Of a stretch of 64,000 bases of DNA, positions 40,700-49,425 are shown piece by piece; positions within the stretch are counted from its first letter, which is position 1, and every line of letters begins with the position of its first letter. The DNA is taken from contig MFLE01000014.1 of the NCBI GenBank assembly GCA_001781205.1, positions 26,107 to 90,106 of the forward strand. The letters are read 5' to 3'. The notes below the pieces were generated by a model. That model was not told the DNA's origin and searched no databases. It saw only the letters and a program-made list of their open reading frames with translations. The DNA is from Candidatus Kaiserbacteria bacterium RIFCSPHIGHO2_02_FULL_49_34. Lineage in GTDB: Bacteria; Patescibacteriota; Minisyncoccia; Phycocordibacterales; UBA918. Made by a program: the position numbers and the translations under genes.

Positions 40700-41281
40700 A
40701 TGACACACACATCTCTCACACGTTCTATCCTCATCCGCATCACGGTTCTCGTGCTGCTTCTGTGTGTCATTGTGGGTGCAAAAGTATACGCGACACGCGA
40801 GATGAACATCACCCTGCAAGATATTCGCGCACACTACGAACAGGTTGCAAGCATTCGTGCCGCACGTGATTCCTCTATCGCGTTTCTCTCTTCGTTTACG
40901 GCAATCGCGGGCAACGAATCACGGATTCGCGCTGCCTTCCCTTCTGCCGACTACATCGTTCCTTTCCGTGACGCGGTCGAGGATGCTGCAGCACGCACCG
41001 ATGCAACCGTCACTGCAACCTACAGCAACCCGTCAGCGACGAATTTTACCCTTCCTGAACATCCGCAGGGTACCGCACGCGAACAGGTCTACCGCATTGA
41101 GACAACCTTTGTCGTTGAAGGCGATGCTCGTGCACTCGAACGCCTCCTCGCTGAGCTTGAAGCGCTTCCATACTACTTCACGGTCACGGGTGTAAAAAGC
41201 ACAAGTGCACAGCAAGACGGATGGGAGGCTGGCACGCGCACCACGATAACCGGCGTCTTGTACGCCATTCACGAAATATAG
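40700..41281 (+). CDS. PilO-like protein
   Basis: TM, coiled coil, VEGD..LLAELEALPYY; follows pilMN. Confidence 0.65.
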   Translation: MTHTSLTRSILIRITVLVLLLCVIVGAKVYATREMNITLQDIRAHYEQVASIRAARDSSIAFLSSFTAIAGNESRIRAAFPSADYIVPFRDAVEDAAARTDATVTATYSNPSATNFTLPEHPQGTAREQVYRIETTFVVEGDARALERLLAELEALPYYFTVTGVKSTSAQQDGWEAGTRTTITGVLYAIHEI

Positions 41282-41284
41282 CCT

Positions 41285-41866
41285 ATGCATACTCGACCTT
41301 TCTACACCACCCAGACGTTCTACATCGTCATGACGACGACGTTTGTCTTGGTGCTTGCACTTATTTTCACCACCACAACGCGCGACCTTCGCGCCATCAT
41401 CGAGCAAACCTTCGTGGCCGAAACAGGCACCGTCCAAACTCTTACCGTTGAGAATGAGCACTACCTCGCGCTCAAAGCAAAACTGAGCCTCCCCGACATT
41501 GCACAGAGAGAAGCCCCCATTACTCCTGACGAAGCACAAGGAGCTGCTACTTCCACCGAAGAAGCTATCAGTACTACAGCACCTACACTCAATCTCCTCG
41601 ATTACTCCCTCGCCGTCCGCAATGGCACAACCATCCAGGGTCATGCTGGCAATCTTGCCACACTCCTTGAAGGAGCAGGTTTCGCAAAAGCAGCAACCGG
41701 CAACGCTTCACCGCAAACAGTCACCGAAATCTACATCAATGCTGACATTCGCACTGAGGTCTTTGCACTTCTCAAAGCCGCCGCTCCCGAGCTTCTCGCC
41801 GAAGCACAACTCATGCAAAACAATCCAACCAGCGCCGATATCGTTATCATCCTCGGTAGCAACTAA
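41285..41866 (+). CDS. LytR C-terminal domain membrane protein
   Basis: VRNGTTIQGHAG..LEGAGF..GNA..ADIVIILG. Confidence 0.8.
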   Translation: MHTRPFYTTQTFYIVMTTTFVLVLALIFTTTTRDLRAIIEQTFVAETGTVQTLTVENEHYLALKAKLSLPDIAQREAPITPDEAQGAATSTEEAISTTAPTLNLLDYSLAVRNGTTIQGHAGNLATLLEGAGFAKAATGNASPQTVTEIYINADIRTEVFALLKAAAPELLAEAQLMQNNPTSADIVIILGSN

Positions 41867-41899
41867 AAAACTCGCAGAATAATTCTGCGAGTTTTTTTA

Positions 41900-42391
41900 T
41901 TACTGAACCGTAAACGGAGTCATAACACCCTCAACCATTTCGAATGTTGTTTCGAAATCAGTTGCCTGTGTGTAGAACACAACCGCGTATGACTTACCTG
42001 CTTCAGTTGCGCGGTAGAGGTCTACCTTGCCTGGATACTTCCCGTCACTCTGTGAGTAGCGTGATGCACCGAGAACATTACCGAGAACGCCGTCAGTGTA
42101 GTCACGAATCGCAACCCAACCTTCGGTTGCAGGGTATTCAGTAACATTAACTGCTACCATCTCGCCTGCAACTGCACCCTCGACTGTAACCTTTCCTGCG
42201 CCAACCTTTGGTGCAGCTGTGTCTGCATTGACGGTGTCAATAACAGCTGCCTCGTTTGCATCTACTACCGCATCTGCTGGTGCCGCAGTCTCTCCTGTTG
42301 AGAAGACCCACACGAGGAGACCACCGATGAGGAGGCCTGCCACGAATGCGACAACGCTTTTCTGATAATCCTGATTTGTAACTGTGTTCAT
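41900..42391 (-). CDS. Hypothetical membrane-anchored beta-rich protein
   Basis: One TM; GWVAIRD..GNVLGA pattern. Confidence 0.7.
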   Translation of the reverse strand: MNTVTNQDYQKSVVAFVAGLLIGGLLVWVFSTGETAAPADAVVDANEAAVIDTVNADTAAPKVGAGKVTVEGAVAGEMVAVNVTEYPATEGWVAIRDYTDGVLGNVLGASRYSQSDGKYPGKVDLYRATEAGKSYAVVFYTQATDFETTFEMVEGVMTPFTVQ

Positions 42392-42589
42392 GTTGGAACT
42401 CTATTATCTATTACCGTGTAATGTCACAAGTATACCACCTTGAAAATGAGGCACATCTTGACATGAACTGCATAATGCATGCCAGTGTTATTAGCCGTCT
42501 CCCCGTAAAAGCGACGACCATTGACTTTTTTCTTGTAGCACGCTACTACTAAACACAGCTTGTACTACACCATGCCGAGGATTATCCCT

Positions 42590-42994
42590 ATGAGCAGTCG
42601 CCCATCAGCACAATGGCTCGTAGGTTGGTTCTATGAGCGGATGTTCTCTCTCTTGCACCAATCCGAATGGGAGGTCGTGTGGAAACAAAAATATATTTTT
42701 GGAAAAGGTCGTGTCAAACGTCCGCTCTGTGGACTTGTTGAGTTTGAAGACAGGTGCATGTATCTGAGCCCGTCGCTCAAAATACATCCTGACAACGAAA
42801 CTCTTTTACTCACAGTAATCCACGAATGTGCGCATGTACTTTTTGGTGAAGTCTCCGCAAATGAAAAAGGCTTTGTTCCTCACGCATCCATTTTCGAACT
42901 CGAAGCACTCGCGAACCATTTCACCCACCAGCAAAAGAAGGATCTCCTTGCACTCCTCCCCTTTCACCCCTCATGTCTGCTCCGCAAAAAGTAG
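42590..42994 (+). CDS. Small HEXXH zinc-metallopeptidase-like protein
   Basis: LCGL..MYLSP..TVIHECAHV; GAGG before ATG 42590 (start uncertain). Confidence 0.6.
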   Translation: MSSRPSAQWLVGWFYERMFSLLHQSEWEVVWKQKYIFGKGRVKRPLCGLVEFEDRCMYLSPSLKIHPDNETLLLTVIHECAHVLFGEVSANEKGFVPHASIFELEALANHFTHQQKKDLLALLPFHPSCLLRKK

Positions 42995-43045
42995 CAGACA
43001 TACAAAAGCCGCGCATGCGGCTTTTCTTTTTTGTCGCAACTCCCT

Positions 43046-44320
43046 CTACTGAATGGTACCGAGGTATGGAATATTGAGAATCTTGTTGCTGTGGGGGATT
43101 TTAAGGAGTGGGGTGCCGGTGTCTTCTTCGGAACGTGTTTGCTTCGGACGGAGACTTGAGGCTCGCTCGAGGGGGAGTCCGCCGCTTCGATACATGAGTG
43201 TGTCGACAACGTCATTGAGCGTGTTGCGTTTTTCTTCAGTTTCGTCTTCCGCAGTTGTGAAGAGTTTTTGTTGCGCGGCACTCTCAAGCATTCCGTGTGT
43301 GCCGACATAGACGGCGCGGTAGCGGACGCCTTTGCGATACATGGCGTGCAAAGCTTCCTCAGCAAGCTGCATAATAGTGCCCGGATCATTTGTTGGTGAT
43401 GGACACTTTATGGTGTAAGTAACAAGTGTATGAATGTCAGGAAATGCTTTGTAGCCAATGGTTACCGCGTGCATACGAGCGTGTTGCGTGCGGAGTTTTC
43501 GGCACACGCGCTCAATGTTGCGCGAAAATTCAGTGAGGAGCGGAGCGAATGCAATGATTGGCTCCATGAATGCTTGGATACTACTGACGCTCTGCGCATT
43601 TTCTCTTGCTTCAATACCTCGCACCGAAGTGCCGCGGAGTTCATAGGCGAGTTCGACAAGTGGCTTATTGTAACGGCGTTCTATTTCGTGCGGTGCAAGC
43701 GCGAGGAGGTTGCCGATAGTAAGGATGCCCTGTTCTGCAAGTTTTTGTTCGGTCCGGCCGCCGATGCCGGGAACTTTTCGTAGCGACACACTATTGAGCA
43801 TGTCAAGATTTTCTGGTGTGACTATCGTAAGTCCTCGCGGCTTTTTAAAACCTGATGCAATTTTCGCAATCGTCATTGTTGGTCCAACACCAATGGAAAT
43901 GGTGAGTCCAAGTTTTATACAAAGTTCTTCTTGCAGTGCTTTCGCAAAACCTCGCACATCACTCCACGTAGTAACGCTCGACACATCCGCAAAACATTCA
44001 TCGATCGAACCTTCAGAGATATCTGATACATATCGCCGTACGATGCTTTTCATACGTTCTGAAAAAAGCTCATACTTACGATAGTCCGACGCAAGGAGTG
44101 CAACCTGCGGAAACTCGCGACTCAGTGCCGTCTGACTCATTGGACGCCGCACCCCGAGCGCCTTTGCCTCATACGAAATAGCCGTCACAATACCGCGCTC
44201 ACGCCCCACCGCAATCGGTTTCCCACGCCACTGCATATTGGTTGCCTGTTCACACGACGCAAAAAACGCATCGCCGTCGACGTGCATGAAAATCTTTGCG
44301 TTTTTTTGTGAGAATTGCAT
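43046..44320 (-). CDS. Y-family error-prone DNA polymerase (DinB/UmuC-like)
   Basis: HVDGDAFFASCEQ, SYEAKALGV, SIDEC, AKIASGFKKPRG, clamp-like QQKLF, C-terminal DVVDTLMYRSG helix. Confidence 0.93.
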   Translation of the reverse strand: MQFSQKNAKIFMHVDGDAFFASCEQATNMQWRGKPIAVGRERGIVTAISYEAKALGVRRPMSQTALSREFPQVALLASDYRKYELFSERMKSIVRRYVSDISEGSIDECFADVSSVTTWSDVRGFAKALQEELCIKLGLTISIGVGPTMTIAKIASGFKKPRGLTIVTPENLDMLNSVSLRKVPGIGGRTEQKLAEQGILTIGNLLALAPHEIERRYNKPLVELAYELRGTSVRGIEARENAQSVSSIQAFMEPIIAFAPLLTEFSRNIERVCRKLRTQHARMHAVTIGYKAFPDIHTLVTYTIKCPSPTNDPGTIMQLAEEALHAMYRKGVRYRAVYVGTHGMLESAAQQKLFTTAEDETEEKRNTLNDVVDTLMYRSGGLPLERASSLRPKQTRSEEDTGTPLLKIPHSNKILNIPYLGTIQ

Positions 44321-44336
44321 GGGTTATATACTCGAG

Positions 44337-44481
44337 GCTATTGCCCTAACGCTGGATCCCTCTTGGATGACAAATGTTAGGTGCTATGTTCAAAAGAGAT
44401 TTATGGTTAAAATCGATTTTAAACTCTTATTAATTTAGAGCACACTACCCAAAATTTGTCATCCAGGAGGGATCCGGAGTC
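44337..44481. repeat. Palindromic intergenic element family A, copy 3 (decayed), between S24 gene and polymerase
   Basis: CTGGATCCCTCTTGGATGACAAAT / ATTTGTCATCCAGGAGGGATCC arms; core GGTTAAAATCGATTTTAA. Confidence 0.85.
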
Positions 44482-44496
44482 ACAGCGAAAAACTTG

Positions 44497-44850
44497 TTAG
44501 TTCTCATACTTCCGAATACAAGCAATTACCTTACCTTCTATATTCAAAGACTCCTGCGGGATAAGCTTCGGATACATCTCATTCGCTGCTTCCAGATACT
44601 GTTCGCCTCGACCGTTCTTACGTAGAAATCGTACCACATAGTCGCCATCAATTTCTGCCACCACAATATCCCCTGCGCGCACACTTCGCGTGCGCTCAAT
44701 TAAAAGATAATCACCCGACGCAACCTGCGTATCAAGAAGCGCCTCACCTTCCATTCTCATAAGATACGTCGCATCTGGATCAGCCAAAAGCCACGCCTCA
44801 AGCGTCCCCACATCACTCCCATCATCAACAGGTGAACCAAAACCAGCCAT
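44497..44850 (-). CDS. UmuD'-like S24 domain protein with catalytic dyad substituted
   Basis: MAGFGSP..ATYLMRMEGEAL..GDIVVAEIDGDYVVRFL aligns by eye to UmuD from Gly25; TGGTATACT 6 nt upstream of ATG 44850. Confidence 0.85.
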   Translation of the reverse strand: MAGFGSPVDDGSDVGTLEAWLLADPDATYLMRMEGEALLDTQVASGDYLLIERTRSVRAGDIVVAEIDGDYVVRFLRKNGRGEQYLEAANEMYPKLIPQESLNIEGKVIACIRKYEN

Positions 44851-44870
44851 GGAGCAAGTATACCACATCA

Positions 44871-44894
44871 AAAAATCCCCTGGAGGGGATTTTT
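44871..44894 (-). terminator. Intrinsic terminator after repeat gene 1, duplicated at about 46833-46857
   Basis: AAAAATCCCC-TGGA-GGGGATTTTT; near-identical hairpin after gene 2. Confidence 0.7.
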
Positions 44895-44910
44895 AAATGA
44901 TACTTGCATT

Positions 44911-46752
44911 TTAATCAGAGGTCATGACACGGCTGCCTGCAGATCCATTACAGAAATTATTTCCAACACCACAGGAGACAGCAACGAATATACCTCCACC
45001 ATATGTGACGCCCCTCCAGTTATTTTGAGCGGCTGAGGTTCGAGATGTCCAAGTGATGCCGTCTGGTGAAGTCATGACACGGTTGCCAGCACCAGTACGT
45101 GACACTGCAACAAAGAGGTCTTGTCCATAGGTGACGGATTGCCAGCCATTGTCTGGAGCACTTGTGCTAGTTGTCCAAGTGATGCCGTCTGGTGAAGTCA
45201 TGACACGGTTGCCAGCACCCGTAACAGCAACTGCGACAAAGAGTCCGTTGCCGTAGGTGACGCCGACCCAGCTATTATCTGCAGCACTGGTTTGAGTTGT
45301 CCAGGTGATGCCGTCGGGTGAGGTCATGACGCGATCGCCGGTACCGTTACTAGACACTGCGACAAAGAGTCCGTTGCCGTAGGTGACGGAGCTCCATTGG
45401 TTAGTTGTAGCACTGGTACGGGAAGTCCAAGTGATGCCGTCGGGTGAGGTCATAACACTGTTCACCGTACTGTCGTTAGACACTGCGACAAAGAGTCCGT
45501 TGCCGTAGGTGACGCCGACCCAGCTATTATCTGCAGCACTGGTTTGAGTTGTCCAGGTGATGCCGTCGGGTGAAGTCATGACGCGATCGCCAATACCATT
45601 CCCTGCAACGGCGACGAAGAGACCATTGCCATAGGTGACGGAGCCCCAGGCATTATCTGCAGCGCTGGTTTGGGATGTCCAGGTGATGCCGTCAGGTGAG
45701 GTCATGACGCGGTTGCCGAAGCCTGTGCTTGCAACTGCGACAAAGAGTCCGTTGCCGTAGGTGACAGAGTTCCAGAAGTTATCCGCAGCGGAGACACGAG
45801 ATGTCCACTCAACGCCTGCTTGCGCCTTCGCAATCACCGCAATGGTGTTTGCTCCTGTGCAGGTACCCTTCACTCCACTTGCAGGAATAGCAATGTTCCA
45901 GTAAAGGTTTGCGGAGAGCTCGTTAGATTCGTCGGTACGGAGGAGGATGTTTCGTTTTGCTGAAGCAGGAGTATCGGTAAGAACAATTGATGTGGCATGA
46001 TCGACATCGGTGAGCGCCCACGCCTGTGTTGAAGTAGCGAGTGTACCGAGTGCGCTGCAGCCCATATTCGAACCAGAGAGCTGCACATCAGCCTTTGTGT
46101 TGCCTCGCTGTGTGATGACTGTCTCTACGTTTGTGGTTGATGATGAAACTTCACCAAGTGAACGAGTGCCGTAATCAATAACATCGGGGAGATTGAGAGC
46201 AAGAAGTGAGTTAACTTCTACTGTTGCAGAAAGAGCACCTTGTGTTGACGCAAAATCTTGAACAGTAACATATGCGGTCCAACTATCGCTTGTATAGGCA
46301 CTTGCTGCATCAGTTGCATCAATCCAGTAAGCAAGCGGCACTTCACAGTTGTAGGCGATTTCTGTGTCGGAGCCTTCGGAGTAGTTCGTGGTACAAGAAT
46401 TAATTACGTAGCAGTCGTTGTTGTCGGCGGCGCAGGTGTTGGTACTGCTTGTTTTGTGGAAGACAAGAGCGAGTGTTGATGAAGCAATATCGTTTTCTCC
46501 GTTTGCATCAGAGATTTGTCCGTTGATGTGAATAGTTCTGTCAGTACCGACGTTCGGGAGAATACCTGAGCTTGTTAAATCATCTGTGCCGTACGCGGTT
46601 GTGGCGATACGGATGGTGTCGACGGTTGGTGCAACGTTAATAATTTCTGCAGTGGTTGCGACATCGGCTGCGCCAGTGTAGCGGATGATGATTCCTACGA
46701 TGAGGAGGAATGCGACGACAATCAAGGTGCCGAATATTTTTATATTTGTCAT
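44911..46752 (-). CDS. Membrane-anchored surface protein: Cys-containing beta-rich stalk plus 7 x 42-aa Asp-box-like beta-propeller repeats (paralog 1)
   Basis: N-terminal TM; repeat consensus WTSRTSAADNxWxSVTYGNGLFVAVSxxGxGNRVMTSPDGIT. Confidence 0.85.
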   Translation of the reverse strand: MTNIKIFGTLIVVAFLLIVGIIIRYTGAADVATTAEIINVAPTVDTIRIATTAYGTDDLTSSGILPNVGTDRTIHINGQISDANGENDIASSTLALVFHKTSSTNTCAADNNDCYVINSCTTNYSEGSDTEIAYNCEVPLAYWIDATDAASAYTSDSWTAYVTVQDFASTQGALSATVEVNSLLALNLPDVIDYGTRSLGEVSSSTTNVETVITQRGNTKADVQLSGSNMGCSALGTLATSTQAWALTDVDHATSIVLTDTPASAKRNILLRTDESNELSANLYWNIAIPASGVKGTCTGANTIAVIAKAQAGVEWTSRVSAADNFWNSVTYGNGLFVAVASTGFGNRVMTSPDGITWTSQTSAADNAWGSVTYGNGLFVAVAGNGIGDRVMTSPDGITWTTQTSAADNSWVGVTYGNGLFVAVSNDSTVNSVMTSPDGITWTSRTSATTNQWSSVTYGNGLFVAVSSNGTGDRVMTSPDGITWTTQTSAADNSWVGVTYGNGLFVAVAVTGAGNRVMTSPDGITWTTSTSAPDNGWQSVTYGQDLFVAVSRTGAGNRVMTSPDGITWTSRTSAAQNNWRGVTYGGGIFVAVSCGVGNNFCNGSAGSRVMTSD

Positions 46753-46872
46753 ATGTGCATAGTATACCTTGATTTGTGAAATCAGATAGTGGACAACCTC
46801 ACAGGAACTAGCACTACCATTCATGTGTATTAAAAAATCCCCTGGAGCGGGATTTTTGATTAGGCCTTATTA

Positions 46873-48693
46873 TTAATCAGAGGTCATGACGCGGTTGCCG
46901 GTGCCGTTATATGAAACTGCAACAAAGAGTCCGTTATTGTAGGTAACTGAGACCCAACCATTATTTGCGGCGCTGGTACGAGACGTCCAAGTGATGCCGT
47001 CAGGCGAGGTCATGACGCGGTTGCCGGTGCCAGTGTTAGAAACTGCTACGAAGAGGCCGTCGCCGTAGGTAACTGAATTCCAGTTATTGGCAGCAGCACT
47101 CGTGCGGGAGGTCCAAGTGATGCCGTCAGGCGAGGTCATGACGGTATCATTCGTGCCCGTGAAATCAGAAACTGCAACAAAGAGTCCGTTGCCGTAGGTG
47201 ACACTGAGCCAGTTGTTATCTACAGCACTCGTGCGGGAGGTCCAAGTGATGCCGTCTGGTGAAGTCATGACACGGTTACCAGTACCGTTATACGAAACTG
47301 CTACGAAGAGACCGTTGCCGTAGGTGACGGAGCGCCAGTTGATATCTACAGCGTTGACGCGAGACGTCCAAGTGATGCCGTCAGGCGAGGTCATGACGCG
47401 GTTGCCGGTGCCAGAGTCAGAAACTGCTACGAAGAGACCATTACCGTAGGCGACGGAGCGCCAGAAGTTGTCTGCTGCTGAAGTTTGGGATGTCCAAGTG
47501 ATACCGTCTGGTGATGTCATGACGCGGTTACCAGCACCAGAGTCAGAAACTGCTACGAAGAGACCGTTACCGTAGGCGACGGAGTTCCAGCTGTTATTTG
47601 CAGCACTCGTGCGAGACGTCCAAGTGATGCCGTCAGGCGAGGTCATGACGCGGTTGCCGGTGCCAGTGTTAGAAACTGCTACGAAGAGGCCGTCGCCGTA
47701 AGTGACGGAGCGCCAGTTGTTATCTACAGCACTCGTACGAGACGTCCACTCAATACCTGCTTGCAACTTTGCAATCACTGCAATTGTGTTTGCACCAGTA
47801 CATGTCCCCTTCACGCCAGTTGAAGGAATAGCAATGTTCCAGTAAAGGTTTGCGGAGAGCTCGTTAGATTCATCAGTACGAGGTGCAACGTTTCGTTTTG
47901 CAGGAGTGAGTGTTCCTGTAAGTATAGTTGACGAAGCGTGGTTGATATCAGTAAGCGCCCAGGCTTGTGTATTCACAGGTAGCGTACCAAGTATACTACA
48001 GCCCATAACATCACCAGAGACTTGCACATCAGCTCTTGTGTTGCCACGTTGCGTGATGACGGTTTCAATGTTTGTTGTTGATGACGAGACTTCACCAAGT
48101 GAACGAGTGCCATAATCGATAGCATCGGGGAGATTGAGAGCAAGAAGCGAGTTCACCTCGATGGTTGCTTGTAGTGCTCCTGATGTTGAAGTCAAATCAG
48201 CGACGCTGACGTATGCAGTCCAATTGTCACTAGTGAATGCCGACCCTGCATCGGTTGCATCTATCCAGTACGCGAGCGGTACTTCACAGTTGTAGGCAAT
48301 CTGTGTGTCATCGCCGTCGGCGTAATTTGTATTGCAGGTTGTAATGCGATAGCAGTCGTTGTTGTCGGCGGCACACGCACCTGTTGCTGAGGTTTTATGA
48401 AAAACGAGACTGATAGTGCTTGAGGCAATGTCATTTTCTCCGTTTGCGTCGCTCATGACACCATTGATATGAATGGTTCTATCGGTACCTACGTTCGGGA
48501 GAATACCTGAGCTTGTTAAATCATCTGTGCCATACGCAGTGGTTGCAAAACGAATCGTATCAACGGTTGGTGCGGTATTCTGAATTTCTGCAGTTGTTGC
48601 GACATCGGCTGCGCCGGTGTAGCGGATGACGATTCCTACGATGAGGAGGAATGTGACGGCGACGAGTGTGCCGAATATTTTTATATTTGTCAT
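46873..48693 (-). CDS. Membrane-anchored surface protein with 7 x 42-aa beta-propeller repeats (paralog 2)
   Basis: Collinear and highly similar to paralog 1, including promoter and terminator. Confidence 0.85.
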   Translation of the reverse strand: MTNIKIFGTLVAVTFLLIVGIVIRYTGAADVATTAEIQNTAPTVDTIRFATTAYGTDDLTSSGILPNVGTDRTIHINGVMSDANGENDIASSTISLVFHKTSATGACAADNNDCYRITTCNTNYADGDDTQIAYNCEVPLAYWIDATDAGSAFTSDNWTAYVSVADLTSTSGALQATIEVNSLLALNLPDAIDYGTRSLGEVSSSTTNIETVITQRGNTRADVQVSGDVMGCSILGTLPVNTQAWALTDINHASSTILTGTLTPAKRNVAPRTDESNELSANLYWNIAIPSTGVKGTCTGANTIAVIAKLQAGIEWTSRTSAVDNNWRSVTYGDGLFVAVSNTGTGNRVMTSPDGITWTSRTSAANNSWNSVAYGNGLFVAVSDSGAGNRVMTSPDGITWTSQTSAADNFWRSVAYGNGLFVAVSDSGTGNRVMTSPDGITWTSRVNAVDINWRSVTYGNGLFVAVSYNGTGNRVMTSPDGITWTSRTSAVDNNWLSVTYGNGLFVAVSDFTGTNDTVMTSPDGITWTSRTSAAANNWNSVTYGDGLFVAVSNTGTGNRVMTSPDGITWTSRTSAANNGWVSVTYNNGLFVAVSYNGTGNRVMTSD

Positions 48694-48824
48694 ATATGCA
48701 TAGTATATCTCCACTTTGCGAAAACACGAAGTGGATAACGCTTGGTTTGACAGACTCACCACAAGTCGCTTCTTTCTTCACGGGTACTTTTGCATTCTAA
48801 TTTTCAAACAGGTATACTGCCTAC

Positions 48825-49424
48825 ATGGAGAATGTTGTACACAATGCGCCGCAATCGGCGCGCCGTGAGTCTTTTGGCGAAACGGCTCGCTTCGTCGCGA
48901 CAGCGATTATTGCGATTGTGCTCATTCGCACGTTTCTTGCGTCACCGTTCATCGTCGAAGGCGCGTCGATGGACGCGACCTTCCACGATAACGACTACCT
49001 TATTGTTGATAAACTTTCCTACCGCTTTATTGAACCACAGCGTGGCGATATTGTCGTCTTCCGCTACCCACACAATCCTTCAATCCATCACATCAAGCGC
49101 ATTGTTGGTATGCCTGGCGACACCATTTCCGTACACGATGGCAAGGTCACTGTTTCGAACGTACAATTTAAGGATGCTACCTTTGAGGAGACCTACGTGT
49201 TGCCTGGCAACAATCTCATGCTACTGAGCGATAGTCGCACGCTTGGCGAGAATGAATATTATTTCATGGGCGACAATCGCGACAACAGTCTCGACTCGCG
49301 CCGATATGGTGCGGTTTCGGGTGATTTTATTTCAGGACGTGTCGTGCTACGCCTCTTCCCTTTCGACATGGTAGGACTCTTCCCTGGTCGTGTTACACAC
49401 TACACGCTAACAACCTCACAATAA
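48825..49424 (+). CDS. lepB: Signal peptidase I
   Basis: VEGASMDATF, IKRIVGMPGD, MGDNRDNSLDSR. Confidence 0.95.
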   Translation: MENVVHNAPQSARRESFGETARFVATAIIAIVLIRTFLASPFIVEGASMDATFHDNDYLIVDKLSYRFIEPQRGDIVVFRYPHNPSIHHIKRIVGMPGDTISVHDGKVTVSNVQFKDATFEETYVLPGNNLMLLSDSRTLGENEYYFMGDNRDNSLDSRRYGAVSGDFISGRVVLRLFPFDMVGLFPGRVTHYTLTTSQ

Positions 49425-49425
49425 A

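Noticed and set aside
44911-47750. Regular 126-bp repeats as a possible CRISPR array
   Set aside because: The repeats are in-frame coding units with synonymous variation and no unique spacers; no cas genes are in the window.
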